NCBI GenBank assembly: GCA_965212015.1
Contig: OZ243037.1
Span: 768,001 to 832,000 of the forward strand
Origin: Cenarchaeum sp.
GTDB lineage: Archaea; Thermoproteota; Nitrososphaeria; Nitrososphaerales; Nitrosopumilaceae
DNA length: 64,000 nucleotides
Direction: 5' to 3'
In this document: positions 39,924 through 52,300 of the stretch, piece after piece
Layout: each line of letters starts with the position of its first letter
How positions within the stretch are numbered: position 1 is the stretch's first letter
Made by a program: the position numbers and the translations under genes
Notes under the pieces: generated by a model
Database searches by the model: none
Seen by the model: only the letters and a program-made list of their open reading frames with translations
What the model was told of the DNA's origin: nothing

Positions 39924-40586
39924 CTGCAAAACTGGATCTTTGAGATCAGATCGCGATCCTTTGTCTTTATGACTGCCGCCTTTGTCGCCGTATCGCTGCT
40001 GGTCCTCTCCGGGGTCACAGACGGCCCCGACCGCGCCGTATCAGGCTATTTTGATTCCGTCTCTGGAAACGCGTGGGTGGACCTGTTCATGGAGTCAGTC
40101 ACGGAGATCGGCCACGTGTTTTACATGCTGGTCTTTGCCGTGATACTGGCCGTCATAAGGAGGACGCGGAGGATCGGAATCGCCCTTTTAATTCTGCTGG
40201 TCCTAAGCACGCTGATTACCGGATATGTGAAATGCGGCATAGACCGGGATCGCCCGGATTTGGAGTTTTCTGGAAACCCGTTTGTCATCGAGTCCGGCTC
40301 GGACACGTTTTCGCTGTTCTGCGAGGGGGGGCCGAATGCGTCCTATCCGTCGGGACACGCCGCAAGGGCGGCAATATTTGGCGTAATCCTGGGATTCGTC
40401 CTCTCAGAGAGGTTTCCCAGGGGGTGCTACCTGCTGCTTGCCTATCCCGTACTGATGTCAGTCAGCAGGATGTATCTTTTGGAGCACTATCCGATGGACA
40501 TCATTGGCGGAAGCATCCTGGGGGTGCTTCTTGCCGGCGCGGTGGGCCAAAAGACCAAGCTCTTTGGCATGTTCTCAAAGGTCTAG
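39924..40586 (+). CDS. PAP2-family phosphatase
   Basis: K..IDRDRP, SYPSGHA and SRMYLLEHYPMD motifs; start is either CTG 39924 or ATG 39969. Confidence 0.88.
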   Translation: MQNWIFEIRSRSFVFMTAAFVAVSLLVLSGVTDGPDRAVSGYFDSVSGNAWVDLFMESVTEIGHVFYMLVFAVILAVIRRTRRIGIALLILLVLSTLITGYVKCGIDRDRPDLEFSGNPFVIESGSDTFSLFCEGGPNASYPSGHAARAAIFGVILGFVLSERFPRGCYLLLAYPVLMSVSRMYLLEHYPMDIIGGSILGVLLAGAVGQKTKLFGMFSKV

Positions 40587-40883
40587 CTTTTCAAGGGCGG
40601 CCGCGCCGATGAGGACGATCGCATAGTGCGCCTCGTCCTCGTGGTACGTCCAGTAGCGGATGTTTTTGTCCTGCTTTGTCTCTTTTAGGCCATAGTTTAC
40701 TGCGGTAACCACGGTGAATCCGATTCTTTTGGCCAGTTTTTTTTCCTTTGGCATTATTACCTTGAATCCGTCCTGCCTTTCGAATTTCATACCGACCATC
40801 TCTTTTGCCGCCTGTTCTGCTGATTTTTCGTCCGGCACGTCAAAGACCTTTGCAATCGGAATCTGCGAGGGATGAAAATCCAT
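40575..40883 (-). CDS. Conserved hypothetical protein
   Basis: 102-aa ORF with backbone-like codon usage. Confidence 0.65.
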   Translation of the reverse strand: MDFHPSQIPIAKVFDVPDEKSAEQAAKEMVGMKFERQDGFKVIMPKEKKLAKRIGFTVVTAVNYGLKETKQDKNIRYWTYHEDEAHYAIVLIGAAALEKLDL

Positions 40884-41021
40884 TTGCTGTTATGGTATAG
40901 CGCGGCCTAAATATTCTTTGATCGCGCGACACGCCGGCTTTTCATGTAAAATTTCTCGACAGATAGGTCAAAACACGGCAATACCAACCACTTAACCGAA
41001 TCTTGTATTTCAGTTAGTCTG

Positions 41022-41768
41022 TTGGGATCACTAGTGCGTCTAGCAGAAAAGATGGAGAGAAAAAGACAAGAGGCATCTAGGATCAGAAAAAAGACCCAGA
41101 GGGATTTGGAAAAGGCAGAGTCGCTTTACCGCAAGTCATTCTCCGGCCTGAAATCCGCCGAGCGCAAGATAGATGCGGCCAAGGCTCAGCTGACAGACGT
41201 CTCAGACGTGCTGACCCAAAAGCTCGCCCAGCAGGAGAGCGTATCGAGGCTCATCAGTGACGCAAAGGCAAGACTCGAGCGCGAAAACGACGCCAGGGAG
41301 CAGGCAGGACAGGACGTGGACTTTGCCTCAACGGCGGAGGAAAAGACAAGCGCAGAGTATCAGTTGCGATCAATTACCGACAGAATCTCCGAGATCACAT
41401 CTGAGATCAAACAGAGGACAAGGACGGCAGGAAAAATCGCCGCCACAGTCAGGGAATACTCGTCGTCAAAATCAAGGATTGCAGGCAGGATTCAAAGGCA
41501 GGTGCGCAGCAGGCCGGCCCTCAGAAAACTGGCCCAGGCCGGCAAAAAAGAGGGTGCAAAGCTCTCAAAGCGCGCGGCTTCTGCCCTCAGGCAGGAGGAT
41601 TCGGCAAAATCAAGCCTGCAGAGGATCAAGTCGAGGATTGGAACCAAAAGAACCGGCAAAAAAACGGTAAAAAAGGCCGGCAAAAAAACAGTGCAAAAAA
41701 AGGCCGGCAAAAAGAGAGCGGCCGTATCTGCAAAGGCAGGCAGGAAAAGAAAGGCCAGACGCAGGTGA
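41022..41768 (+). CDS. Long coiled-coil protein with a Lys/Ala-rich basic tail
   Basis: Heptad pattern; GKKTVKKAGKKTVQKKAGKK tail. Confidence 0.7.
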   Translation: MGSLVRLAEKMERKRQEASRIRKKTQRDLEKAESLYRKSFSGLKSAERKIDAAKAQLTDVSDVLTQKLAQQESVSRLISDAKARLERENDAREQAGQDVDFASTAEEKTSAEYQLRSITDRISEITSEIKQRTRTAGKIAATVREYSSSKSRIAGRIQRQVRSRPALRKLAQAGKKEGAKLSKRAASALRQEDSAKSSLQRIKSRIGTKRTGKKTVKKAGKKTVQKKAGKKRAAVSAKAGRKRKARRR

Positions 41769-41820
41769 TTCTGCGCAAAAGTTTCCTTGGTTTTTATTGA
41801 CATTCCCCCAAGTCCCGCGC

Positions 41821-42048
41821 ATGGCCGGCAAAAAGCAGGACGGGGGTTTTTCTTCCGCCGAGATGTTTCTCAAGGGAACCGCAGTTGCGCTACTAGTCAC
41901 GATCCCCTCGCTTGCCGCGTTTGGCGCAAGCTGGGGGCTTTTAGACGACCTGATTCAGGCTGCGGTGATCGGGGGCGTCGTCCACCTAATCGCCATGATC
42001 CTTTCGTTTAAAATCGCAAAAAAATTGTTTTTCAGGCGGGCCGGGTGA
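41821..42048 (+). CDS. Small two-TM membrane protein
   Basis: Two hydrophobic helices. Confidence 0.65.
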   Translation: MAGKKQDGGFSSAEMFLKGTAVALLVTIPSLAAFGASWGLLDDLIQAAVIGGVVHLIAMILSFKIAKKLFFRRAG

Positions 42049-42087
42049 AAAAAACTGTTTTAAGCAAAACCTCCCCCACATAATCCA

Positions 42088-42441
42088 GTGATTCCAGACA
42101 AGATCAGAGACGGCCTGATGGAGCAGGTAATGCTGTCATCGCTGCAGGCAGAGGTCTTTATGTTCATAACCACAAGCGGAAGGCAGACCGTACAAAAGTT
42201 ATCATCAAGGTTCGGCATCCCAGAGTCCGAGGCACTCGGGGTCGCATGCTCGCTAGTCGACGCAGGAGCACTGATAGACATGTCGGATGTAGAGTTCGAG
42301 GCGATGCACCCGCGGTTTGCCATAGTCAACATGTACAGAAGGATGTGCGAGCGAGAAAAGATAGAGTTCAAGCGCAACAGGGCAGTCGACGAGATGGGCG
42401 CGGCGCTGGAAAAATCCTACGACAATGCAAGGACTAAATAG
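42088..42441 (+). CDS. TrmB-like wHTH protein
   Basis: LSSLQAEVF...LVDAGA...HPRFA pattern. Confidence 0.6.
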   Translation: MIPDKIRDGLMEQVMLSSLQAEVFMFITTSGRQTVQKLSSRFGIPESEALGVACSLVDAGALIDMSDVEFEAMHPRFAIVNMYRRMCEREKIEFKRNRAVDEMGAALEKSYDNARTK

Positions 42442-42448
42442 AACCGGA

Positions 42449-42862
42449 TTGAGCTTAATCACGTTGGAGAAGGATCAGGAATCATGCGGCCACCAGCCGG
42501 TGTATTTTGGCGTAATAAACATAAACATAGATGAAAAGACCATAGGTTCAGTCGACGTCTGGCGCTGCGGCGCGTGCAAAAAGCAGTTCTGCGAGGAAAA
42601 GCAGCTGGGCATAGAGTCGATTGCCGATATCGTGGGAATGCCCAAGATAGGCCCGGACGAGAGATGGGCAGTCACCGTGTGCAAGCTGCAAAAGGGAAAG
42701 GACAGGTGGAGGCTTGTCAGGATGAAAAGGGACCGGCCCGCAAGGCACGAGTGCATCGGCGAGAGGATGATGGAGCTGCCCGTCTCAGACTACAAGATCA
42801 ACGACGACGCGCACTGGAGCTTTCTGGTAGACGAGAACGTAAATCAGGCAGTGGAAATCTAG
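42449..42862 (+). CDS. Conserved hypothetical protein, probably Zn-binding
   Basis: CGH...WRCGACKKQFC; start uncertain. Confidence 0.6.
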   Translation: MSLITLEKDQESCGHQPVYFGVININIDEKTIGSVDVWRCGACKKQFCEEKQLGIESIADIVGMPKIGPDERWAVTVCKLQKGKDRWRLVRMKRDRPARHECIGERMMELPVSDYKINDDAHWSFLVDENVNQAVEI

Positions 42863-42865
42863 GCG

Positions 42866-43150
42866 TTGAAACTCGAGGTACGCGTCAACAGCATGCACGG
42901 AAGCCAGATGGCAGCAAAGGTCTCCGGCACGTTTGGCATCGACGGGCACACCTTCCGGTTCAGCGCCATAGCGTTCGGGCGCATCGGGGGCCAGAACATC
43001 GGGGCCAAGATCTCAAGGGAGACAGAAAAAAAGCTCAAGGCCCTGGGGCACGACGCAGACGAGGTCGTCATGACCCTGCAAAGAAACCTGCTCCAGGGGG
43101 ATCTTACCATACCTGAGGACATTACAAAGGAGAGCTTTGTAGACGACTAA
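42866..43150 (+). CDS. Conserved hypothetical protein
   Basis: [11 protein letters not shown] motif; co-oriented operon. Confidence 0.65.
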   Translation: MKLEVRVNSMHGSQMAAKVSGTFGIDGHTFRFSAIAFGRIGGQNIGAKISRETEKKLKALGHDADEVVMTLQRNLLQGDLTIPEDITKESFVDD

Positions 43151-43932
43151 AACTCTGCCTCTGCCAGGGCCTTTTCACAGGAGCATCCCCTGTCTTGCGG
43201 AATCTCGCCTATCAGCGCGGCGAGCAGTTTTTTTGTACGCTCCACGTTCTGAGAGAGCGTCTCTAGCACCTGTTTTGCGGTGACTGGCTTTTCTGCCCAC
43301 ACGTCATAGTCAGTTACAGTAGAGACCGACGCATAGCACATCTGCGCCTCCCTTGCAAGCTGGCATTCCGGAACGAGCGTCATTCCGATAACGTCCGCCC
43401 CGATGGTGCGAAAAAACTTGGACTCGGCTTTGGTTGAAAACCTCGGGCCCTCTATGCACGCATACGTACAGTCCCTGTGAAAGTCGACCCCGCCAGAATC
43501 CGCTGCGCGCAGGACAGAGTCCCGAAGCTCGGGGCAGAACGGCTCTGCGACAGAGATGTGAATCACCTTGTCCTCCCCGGTAAACGATCCCGCGCGGGAT
43601 TTTGTAAAATCCAGAAACTGCGAGGGCAGCACGAAATGGCCCGGCTCTATCTCCTCCCTGAGGCTTCCGACTGCCGACGGCGCGATGATTCTCCTGATTC
43701 CAAGCTCCCGAAACGCCCAGATGTTGGCCCTAAAGTTTATCATGTGCGGGGCGATGCCGTGTTTTTTTCCGTGCCTCGGCATAAACGCGAGCCTCCTTCC
43801 CCCAAAGGTGCCTACCGTAATAGAGTCCGACGTCTTGCCGTACGGCGTCTGAATGTCGATGCTTTGGCTGTCCTGTAATAGTCCGGAATCGTAAATGCCG
43901 GTGCCGCCAAAAATTCCAATCTCTGCTTCCAA
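43147..43932 (-). CDS. mtnP: S-methyl-5'-thioadenosine phosphorylase
   Basis: [25 protein letters not shown] and VTDYD motifs. Confidence 0.95.
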   Translation of the reverse strand: MEAEIGIFGGTGIYDSGLLQDSQSIDIQTPYGKTSDSITVGTFGGRRLAFMPRHGKKHGIAPHMINFRANIWAFRELGIRRIIAPSAVGSLREEIEPGHFVLPSQFLDFTKSRAGSFTGEDKVIHISVAEPFCPELRDSVLRAADSGGVDFHRDCTYACIEGPRFSTKAESKFFRTIGADVIGMTLVPECQLAREAQMCYASVSTVTDYDVWAEKPVTAKQVLETLSQNVERTKKLLAALIGEIPQDRGCSCEKALAEAEF

Positions 43933-44445
43933 CTAGTATTTCACCAGGGACTTGGAGTCGTACTTTGCAATCCTTTTGATTCCGCCCAACTCTGTAAGCT
44001 CGATTAAAAACGCAAAGCCTGCCACCTTGGCGCCGATCTTTTCAATCAGTCTTGCAGACGCGCCGGCGGTCCCCCCCGTCGCAAGCAGATCATCGCACAC
44101 CAAAACCCTCTGCTTTTTTGCAACGGCGCCGCTCTGAATCTCCAGCGTGTCTTTTCCGTACTCGATGGTATACGACAGCTTTGCGGTCTTTCCTGGCAGT
44201 TTTCCTGCCTTGCGAATCATCACCATGCCCTTGCCGTACCTTACGGCCATCGCGCCTGCCAAAAGAAACCCCCTTGATTCTATTCCGGCAATGACGTCAA
44301 AGCCGTTTGGGTGAAAGTGCCTGTAAAACTCGTCTAGCACGAGCGAGATCGCCTGCGGATCCCTGAGAATCGGGCCAAAGTCCCTGAACAGTATTCCTTT
44401 TTTGGGAAAATTCTCATAGCTGTCAATTCTGTCCTTCAGGTTCAT
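43933..44445 (-). CDS. apt: Adenine phosphoribosyltransferase
   Basis: FPKKGILFRD, ESRGF, RKAGKLP and DDLLATGGT motifs. Confidence 0.96.
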   Translation of the reverse strand: MNLKDRIDSYENFPKKGILFRDFGPILRDPQAISLVLDEFYRHFHPNGFDVIAGIESRGFLLAGAMAVRYGKGMVMIRKAGKLPGKTAKLSYTIEYGKDTLEIQSGAVAKKQRVLVCDDLLATGGTAGASARLIEKIGAKVAGFAFLIELTELGGIKRIAKYDSKSLVKY

Positions 44446-44606
44446 GGCTGCGCTTCAAAAACGGCAAATAAAAATGATGGTGAAAACTGCGCGGCTCGGA
44501 ACGCAAAAAACCCCGGGGTTTGGGATTCAGAGGCAGGGTACGGATATTTGCAGGATTTGCCGGCTTGTGGCTTTTGCATCCGGTCTGATTTTCCGCGCGC
44601 CCGGAA

Positions 44607-45938
44607 TCAGCCGTGTGTTAGTTTTTCCAGGCTCTCCTTGGAGCCAATGTCGCGCCGGTACTCCAGCGCGCCTCGGACATGCGCGTCAATTGCCCGGTCT
44701 ACCAGAGACGATGCCCCCTCGATGGTCCCCGAGGTGGCATTGAATGCCACCACGCGGGATTTTTTCAGGGTCTCGTACCTGTGTTTACCCGTCCTTATGC
44801 AGGCAGAAAAGAACGTCCCGACGCCAAGGTCGCTTACGGCCCTTTCGTCGATGGTAAAGGCAACAGCATCGCTGCTTGCGCCGGGGTATTCCTTTGCCAC
44901 CAGATACTTTGTAACGTTTGCCTTTTTGGCAAAAGATACGGCGTCGTCTGAAAGCGTCCCGTCCCATATGCGCGCAAGCAGTCCGGAGAAGGATCCCTCA
45001 AGTATGCAGAGTATGTTTATTCCCTCGGGATCCCCAAAGCGGGAGTTGAATTCCATGAATTTTATGCCGTCTTGCGTCTTGAAAAACCCGCCGTTGAGAA
45101 CGCCGTTGAAAAACAGTCCGTTTTGCCTCATCTCGTCGATGATTCTCTGCATTATAATCCTACAGTCATCCATGTCCCCGTCGCTCATAAACGGGAGTTT
45201 TTTCCCCGGGCCGGTAAAGCACCCCATGCCCCCGGTTCCCGGCCCCCTGTCGCCCTCGTGCCGGAACGGATAGTCATAGCTGGCAGGCGACATTACCAGG
45301 TTCCTGCCGTCGGTGATTCCCATGACGGTAAACTCTATACCGTGCAGCTTTTCTACCAGCAGCACCATTTGGCCGTCGTTTCTTTCAAGAAGCGATGCGG
45401 CATAGTCCATGCAGTCCCGGTAGGTCTGCAGGTGCTCTGGCATTACCCTTACCCCCTTGCCGCCCGTAAGGCCCTGCGGCTTTACTGCCACGTCAAGGCC
45501 CCTTGACTCAAACTCGGAGAGCGCGTCTTTTAGCTCGCATGCTTTTGAGACTATTCTGTAAAATGGCGTAAACTCTGGGCACGTCTTTTGCATCATTTCG
45601 ATGGAATAGATTTTGTCCCACTCTATGCGCGCAGCGTCGCGCGTTCCTCCGACGGCCCTGAAGCCGTGTTCAAGCAGAATGTCAACTACGCCGTTGGCCA
45701 GCGGCTGATCGGCGCTCACAAAGGCATAGTCGACTTTGTGCTCTTGTGCGAACTTTAATACGGTGCCAGGATCATCGGCATCGCCTATCACGTACGCGCC
45801 GCCTGACTGCCTGACGCAGTCTGTGATGAGCGGATTTTCGTGGTGCAGCACTGCAAACAGCCGCGTATCCTCTGCGAGCCGCACGGCAAAGGCGCCCTCG
45901 CGGCCCCCGCTGCCGACAATGAGGAATTTTTTGTCCAT
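44607..45938 (-). CDS. purD: Phosphoribosylamine--glycine ligase
   Basis: GSGGRE, GGKGV, GPGTGGMG and EFNSRFGDPE motifs. Confidence 0.95.
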   Translation of the reverse strand: MDKKFLIVGSGGREGAFAVRLAEDTRLFAVLHHENPLITDCVRQSGGAYVIGDADDPGTVLKFAQEHKVDYAFVSADQPLANGVVDILLEHGFRAVGGTRDAARIEWDKIYSIEMMQKTCPEFTPFYRIVSKACELKDALSEFESRGLDVAVKPQGLTGGKGVRVMPEHLQTYRDCMDYAASLLERNDGQMVLLVEKLHGIEFTVMGITDGRNLVMSPASYDYPFRHEGDRGPGTGGMGCFTGPGKKLPFMSDGDMDDCRIIMQRIIDEMRQNGLFFNGVLNGGFFKTQDGIKFMEFNSRFGDPEGINILCILEGSFSGLLARIWDGTLSDDAVSFAKKANVTKYLVAKEYPGASSDAVAFTIDERAVSDLGVGTFFSACIRTGKHRYETLKKSRVVAFNATSGTIEGASSLVDRAIDAHVRGALEYRRDIGSKESLEKLTHG

Positions 45939-45970
45939 AACGGGCGTTTTTTGGTGTCCATAAAAATATT

Positions 45971-46234
45971 ATGCGAAAACGGCCTTTTCCGGACGCCGCC
46001 GTGATTCAGGCGGATCTGCGCTCAAAAACAGGATCGGGTGGATTTCGAAAAGGCGCACGAATCGGCCGATCAGGGCGATTGTCAATGGCGGGGTTCTGCA
46101 AGGACGTCTTTGCGGCGTTTCCCGCGATATCTATTGTGGTTTATCTTGCGACGTCTGACGTATTGGCGGCAATCTCGATCGGGATTGCCATACCGTGCCT
46201 GAAACTCATGGCGAGTAGCCTGCTCGATAACTAG
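45971..46234 (+). CDS. Small putative membrane protein
   Basis: Hydrophobic C-terminal half; may start at 46085. Confidence 0.35.
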   Translation: MRKRPFPDAAVIQADLRSKTGSGGFRKGARIGRSGRLSMAGFCKDVFAAFPAISIVVYLATSDVLAAISIGIAIPCLKLMASSLLDN

Positions 46235-46310
46235 GCAGTCCGGGTTCGATTCCCGGCAGATCGTTGCCTGCATTTCACGCAAGACGCGGATTTGTTCGGC
46301 GTATGTTCAA

Positions 46311-49300
46311 CTAGGGATCCTGCATGCCGTGAAGAACCAAAAAGGCCTCGCGTGAGTCGCCGTCGGCATTATGGATGCTGACTGTCTTTTCCAGGTCGTC
46401 AAAGGCCGGAACGGTATAGATGCCGCCGTAATAGAAATCCCGCAGCGCCTCCATCTGCCTAATATGCGCGTCGCGCTTTTCGGCAAAGGCATCACACGCA
46501 CGATTGTCCTCGTCGGTACACGCACTCGACATGTCGACTGGCGGCGCATCCACGTACGACCACGTGCCAAACGCGTTTTTGGTCCACTGGTGTCCCAGCT
46601 GGTCGGTCCACACGTCTGCAAGCTTGTCGGTCCGAGTCAGATGCAGCTTTACTGCGTCGCCCTGGTTTGAGTGCCTCTCGCTGAGCTCGTGCGTTGGGGG
46701 CGCGTTTAGCGAGTCGCCATACACCAGCAGTCCCTCGTTCATATAGTGTGTGGTGCCGCGCCTCTTTGAGTCCAGCGCGTTTATTGCAAACGGCTCGTCG
46801 TACAGCGTCTCGCGGAACAGTACGCCATATATGCTCAGCCGCACGCACAGCTCGTTGTTGTCTGCGGGCAGGCACTGTACGCGCGATACCTCAAATATGG
46901 CGTCCTCGCCTATCACGCGATTCTCGTTTGAATATTCCACAGAGTCTATCATGTACGTGGAGTCCAGGGAATAGTCCCGTATCAGGTTTACGTTAATCTG
47001 CGCCTCTGCAGCATTCAGGGGCGAGCCTATTCCGGGCAGGCCAAAGCCGATGTTAAACGAGCGCAGGCCGTTTTGTGCGTACGCCGTTAGCGCAAAGTTG
47101 TGAAACGAGTCAGTCTCTATGGTATTGCGTTTGTAATCGACGTGATAGTCAGTTACGTCGCGGCATATATTGTCCATGGAATAGCCGCAGTCCACTATTT
47201 TTTGGCCAGTCGTGTACGACTTGCCAAACGTCGGCTTTGTCTTCCACTGCGTGTCGTCATCGCCGCCTCCGGAATCAGAAGGCGCACTCGCAAGGGCCAC
47301 CATAGGGACAAAGGCTAGCCGGTAATCCTGAAACAGGCGCATGGCACGATATTCAGGAGTATTAGTACTGCCGCCCTCGTTGACGAATTGGGTAGTGCCT
47401 GCAAGGAATATGTCAAAGGTTATGACTTCGGGTGCAAAATTCGTACCCGGAGCTATCTCAAAGATGTTGTTATCAAAGGTGGCGTTAATCTTGGAAGTGT
47501 CAGCGGCGCCGTCAGAGAGCTCCGGCAGATCAACGTTGAGGATTTCAATGTCGTCGATGAAGGTATTGTCGGCAGGGTCGGTGCCATCCCGCGTATCGTT
47601 AACAAACAGCTCTGCAAGGTTTATCTCAAATTGCGCAAATTGCGGAGGTAGGAGGTATGTGGTTACAGGGCGTTGTGGAAAGCCCGCCGGTGCCGCCTCG
47701 TCCGTGTTTACGCGGAACCTGAATGTCAGGTCGGAAGTTCTTACGGTATTTGTCCCGTCATCCAGGGCAAAGGTGACGGAGCTGCCAGCGTTTCTACTGT
47801 CTGATCTTGGCGTTACGCGAAGTATGTCGTCTATTATGACGGCATTTAACGCCCCGGGGTTGGCAATGTTCGTTATGGTGACATCCAGGCCGCCTGGTCG
47901 GCTGTTGTCAGGATCTTCAAACAGGTCGTCGATCGGAATGGAATAGATGTCAGTGGTGTGACGCGGCGGAAGATCATTTCTCCCCACAAGAGCATTCGGC
48001 GCGGCATCAACGAAACGAAGCACGTAATTGACGGTGATATCATCATGAAGCAGCGGAACAGTATCTACAGAAATCAAAATCTCCTCTTCCGAAGTGATCC
48101 TGCTGTCTTGGACCAGATCGTGCAGGACGGCAGTAAACGTTACGGATTCGCTCTCGTCATCTTCGGCAGATTCCGGATTGTAGGATATTTCCCCAGAGCT
48201 GTTAGTTAGAATTCTAGCGCTGTTGATCAGATTTCCTGTCCTGTTGATTTGAATCTCACCCGTTGCAGCCGCATTGTCGGCAGTTATGATGAGGCGCTCA
48301 AATTGTATCGCCGGGTCTATGGCAAGATCAGATGCGTCCAGAGTTACCGACTGGGCCGTATTACTATAGTATACCGTGACTGAGGATTCCAGGAATATAT
48401 CAGACCGGGTCGTGGCATCCCGCACTGCGACCAAAAAGCTTTCACAATAGACGGCGTTTGTTATGCCCGGGGCCACGCTTTCGGCGCACAGCCTGATGTT
48501 CGTAGTGCCCGATGATACCGGGTCTATTGACAGCATACCTGCTACAAGGGTCACATTTGCGATTCCGGGATTCGGGTTTGTCACATTGTATAGGATGTTA
48601 TCACCCTCGGGATCCGTAAAATGCTCTGCCAGATTTATCACCATGGTATCGTCCGTGGGATTAAGCACATAGGATGTCGGCAGGGTAGAGACGGGGGCAT
48701 CATCTGTCCTGTTTACGACTAAATCAAAGATTCCGGCAAACGTGTCTCCATTCTCCAGGACATACGTATAGGATATCGTGGCGGGCGGCGACTGTGCAAG
48801 GCCCGCGTCCACGAAATCGTCAGGTATCGTGTGTGTTATTGTATAGGGGTCTATCTGCTCATCAGATGGCACCCCGTCAAGTATTTGCTGATCTGCCTTA
48901 TCTATCCGCGCATCCAGCCGCGGGTCATTATTCCCTAGTTCTTCAATGCTCGATATCAGAAACGCCCTTTGGAGATCATCAGGGCTTAGTGATCCGCCGC
49001 CCGGTGACGTGCCATTAAGATCCGGATCTCCCGGCAATAGTTCAGGAAGCGGCTCCTGCGATATTGGTATGGAACTGTTCTTTGCAAATATAGGCACGAT
49101 ATCGCCTTCTATTGATATTTGTGTGACGTTAAAGAGCGGGGAGGCGGTATCGGAAGTAATATTCAAATTCAGGGAATCCAGCGTCTGCCCCTCGTTTATC
49201 GTCTGGTCGGGAATTATCTCGAGCGGGGCGGGCGTAATAGTACTCACCGCCAGTTCCGAGAAAACCGAGCCGTCGCAGACCATATACCTGATGATGGCCT

Positions 49301-52300
49301 CGCCCACCGCGTTCAGCGACGTAAAGGTCGCCACGCCGGTATTACGATCAATCCGGATCGAATCCCCATCAAAGACGGTGTTATCATTCGCAGTTATGTC
49401 AAAATACGTCAGGGTGTCACCGTCAGAGTCAGTGGAATACACGGAGAGATCCAGCTGTTCGGCACCCAAGAAAAGCTGAATGCCTTCGCCGTCAACGACT
49501 GCAGGAGAAGAATTGTTGATCCTCGCGGTGTTAGTTATTGTAATGGTATAGACGCGCGAGACATCATCCGTATCATCGGTATCAAAGCCGTCATCAGATA
49601 CCGTAACTGTAAACGTTACAGAGCCGTCAAGGTCGCATCTTGCCGGCGTGTCCGTGTTTCTGAAATTAGGCGAGTTGTCCTGCGGTACCAGACCAGACAG
49701 CTGTCCCGTGTTGCCATCGATGCTCAGCCAGCCCGGATTTCCCGAGATGCGGTATGCCAGTGTGTCACCGTCGGGATCGGATCCCGGAATCGGCGACAGG
49801 GTGTTGACATTGCTGCTCTCGGCGATGCTCAGTGTAGCAGGCCCAAGGACGGGTTCCGAGTTTAGCGTGAATTCGCTCACAGCGTTATCGGCAAAAAATC
49901 CTACAACGTGCAGGGTTTCAAAGTCAGACGAGAACGCCATCCCCCTTGCCGGATTGTCTGTCAGCTGCTGCGAGGCCTCTAGGGACAGGGTACTCACGTC
50001 ATATGCCACACCGAACGTATACGCATAGAGGTGTGTGGCAGCAAGGACGTACATTATCGTGCCGTCATCGTTGATTGCAAGTGACCTCTGAAGGCGTTGA
50101 AGTGCAGGGGACGTGACAAATTCGTCCGCATTACCGGACGCCAAGTCAAAGCCCGTGCCGAGCGAAAAGCCATATATGCGGCCGCCGTCGCCGCCGCTGT
50201 CTATCACGTACATGTGGGTGCCGTCGCGCGAGAATTCCAGTCCCTGCGCGCCGGTAGTGGCAGCAGAGAGGGGGAATGTGAAGGAAAGGTCGAGAGGAGG
50301 CGTAAGAATAAAGGGTGACATCAGAGTGAGCTCGTATACACTGTCGGTGGTAGTGCCTAGCATAAACATCCTTCTGGCGGTATCTGAGAACTCTATTGCC
50401 CTAGGTGCAGTGTCACGGGTAATATCATACGTCTGATCGGCGCTATCTGGCGCTTCCGATATGTCAAAGAGGTTGTCCGAACCAAGCGTATACCGGTGTA
50501 TCCTATCAAGGTCGCCGCCATTTAATATAAACATCCTATTGCCGGTATGTGTGAAATCTATATCTTCAGAGACACCAATCGTTCTTGGTTCAAGTTCGGC
50601 CAGCACATAGTCGAACACAAGATTCAGCTCTAGATCAAAGGAATGGTCATTTGACGCCGAGTTGGTTCTCGCCCCGGCCATGACTGCACCTGCCTGAATC
50701 GACACCGTTATGGTGGCATCAGTGGCCCCGCGCAGCACGTCAAATGTATACGTATTGCCGGAGACTTGAACAAGGTTTGACGGCACGTGGGTGCCCATAT
50801 CGCTATCCACTATAATGTCATCCAGTCCAAATCCCGTCACTGCATCGCCAAACAGGACGGTAAACGTCGCCTTGCCGTTGGCGTCAGCCGGGGTAGTATC
50901 GGTGAGGAACGCCGAGATTGGCTGGCCGGTGTTAAATATGACGTTATAGACGTTGGAGGCCTCGTTGATAAAGTCGTCAGTATGAACTATGCTATCTTCG
51001 GGAATGCTCACCATTATTGTGCCGTCGACATTGTTGCGCAACACGTCAAAGGTGTACGTATCGCCAGAGCCGGCAAGAACGGTTGCCCTATGGGTGCCGG
51101 GGGGCGCGGTGCTGTCCACGATAATGTCGTCTATTTCAAACGTATCCGGACGTATGGGAGTGCGGAATGTGGCAGTAAACGTTACGGTATCCATAGTCGT
51201 AATGTCATTATCACCTACATTAGCCGTAATCACCACGGGCCGGACGCCAAAGCTGACCTGATGGGCGGTGGATGCAGTATTGTCGTTTCCTGCAAAGTCC
51301 GTGACCGCACCTGCCGGAATCGACACCGTTATGGTACCTTCTGCATCGTTGCGCGGGACATCAAAGGTGTAGGTGGTGCGGTCTGTGCCGGAGGCCACTG
51401 GTGCGGATACCGTGTGGGTGCCGGCAGGCGCGGTGCTAGACAGGACAATGTCTTCTTGTGTAAACAGGCCTTCCGGTATGACCTCGCTGAATGTTGCGGT
51501 AAATCTTACACGATCAGCAATCGTGCCTGTGTTGTTTGCCACATCGGCGCTAAGCAGCACGGTGGGCGGCTCGTTATCCTGCGGGCCAAAAGTGGCGATA
51601 TAAACATTGGATGCGACATTGCCGACTTTGTTCAAATCAATAACCCTGTTTGCCGGCATCTGCACCCTTATTGTACCGTCCACCAGGCCGCTTTCTACAC
51701 GAAAATTAAATGAGGTGCCGGAGGTACCAGACGAAAAGCCCGATGCCCTGTGGGTGCCGGCAGGCGCAGTACTGGTCACAGAAATATCGTTGTCTTTAAG
51801 GTCAGATATATGCTCGCTGAATCTGACGTTAAGCTGTATGATATCTGCATCGGTGGCACCACGATGATCCACAGTAGTACTGGAGATTGTAGGTACGGGC
51901 GCGGGGGAAAAGGAAATGGTGTACGCGGTGGCATTTACTATGCGGGGGTTTCCAGCCAGATCAAAGACATTGGCACGGTCGAGCCGCGCAGACACCTGGT
52001 CGCTTTGACCCTGATTCACTATTATCGGAAATGTGTATACGGCACCAGAGCCGGTAAGAGGCTGGAATTGACTATTTCCAAGGACGGAAGCGCGCTGGAT
52101 GTCAGCGGCTGTAAATCCCGTCACGGACTCGCTGAACGTAAAGGTAATAATGGCCATGTTGGCATCGACACCGCTATTGGTCCGTACATTGATCGTCTCA
52201 CCGTCGATTATCGCCACGCCGGTAATCTCTGCCGTGATCGTGGGGGCCTGGCCATGGGCCAAGACTGGGATCATGGCCAACAATGGCAATAGTAATGCTG

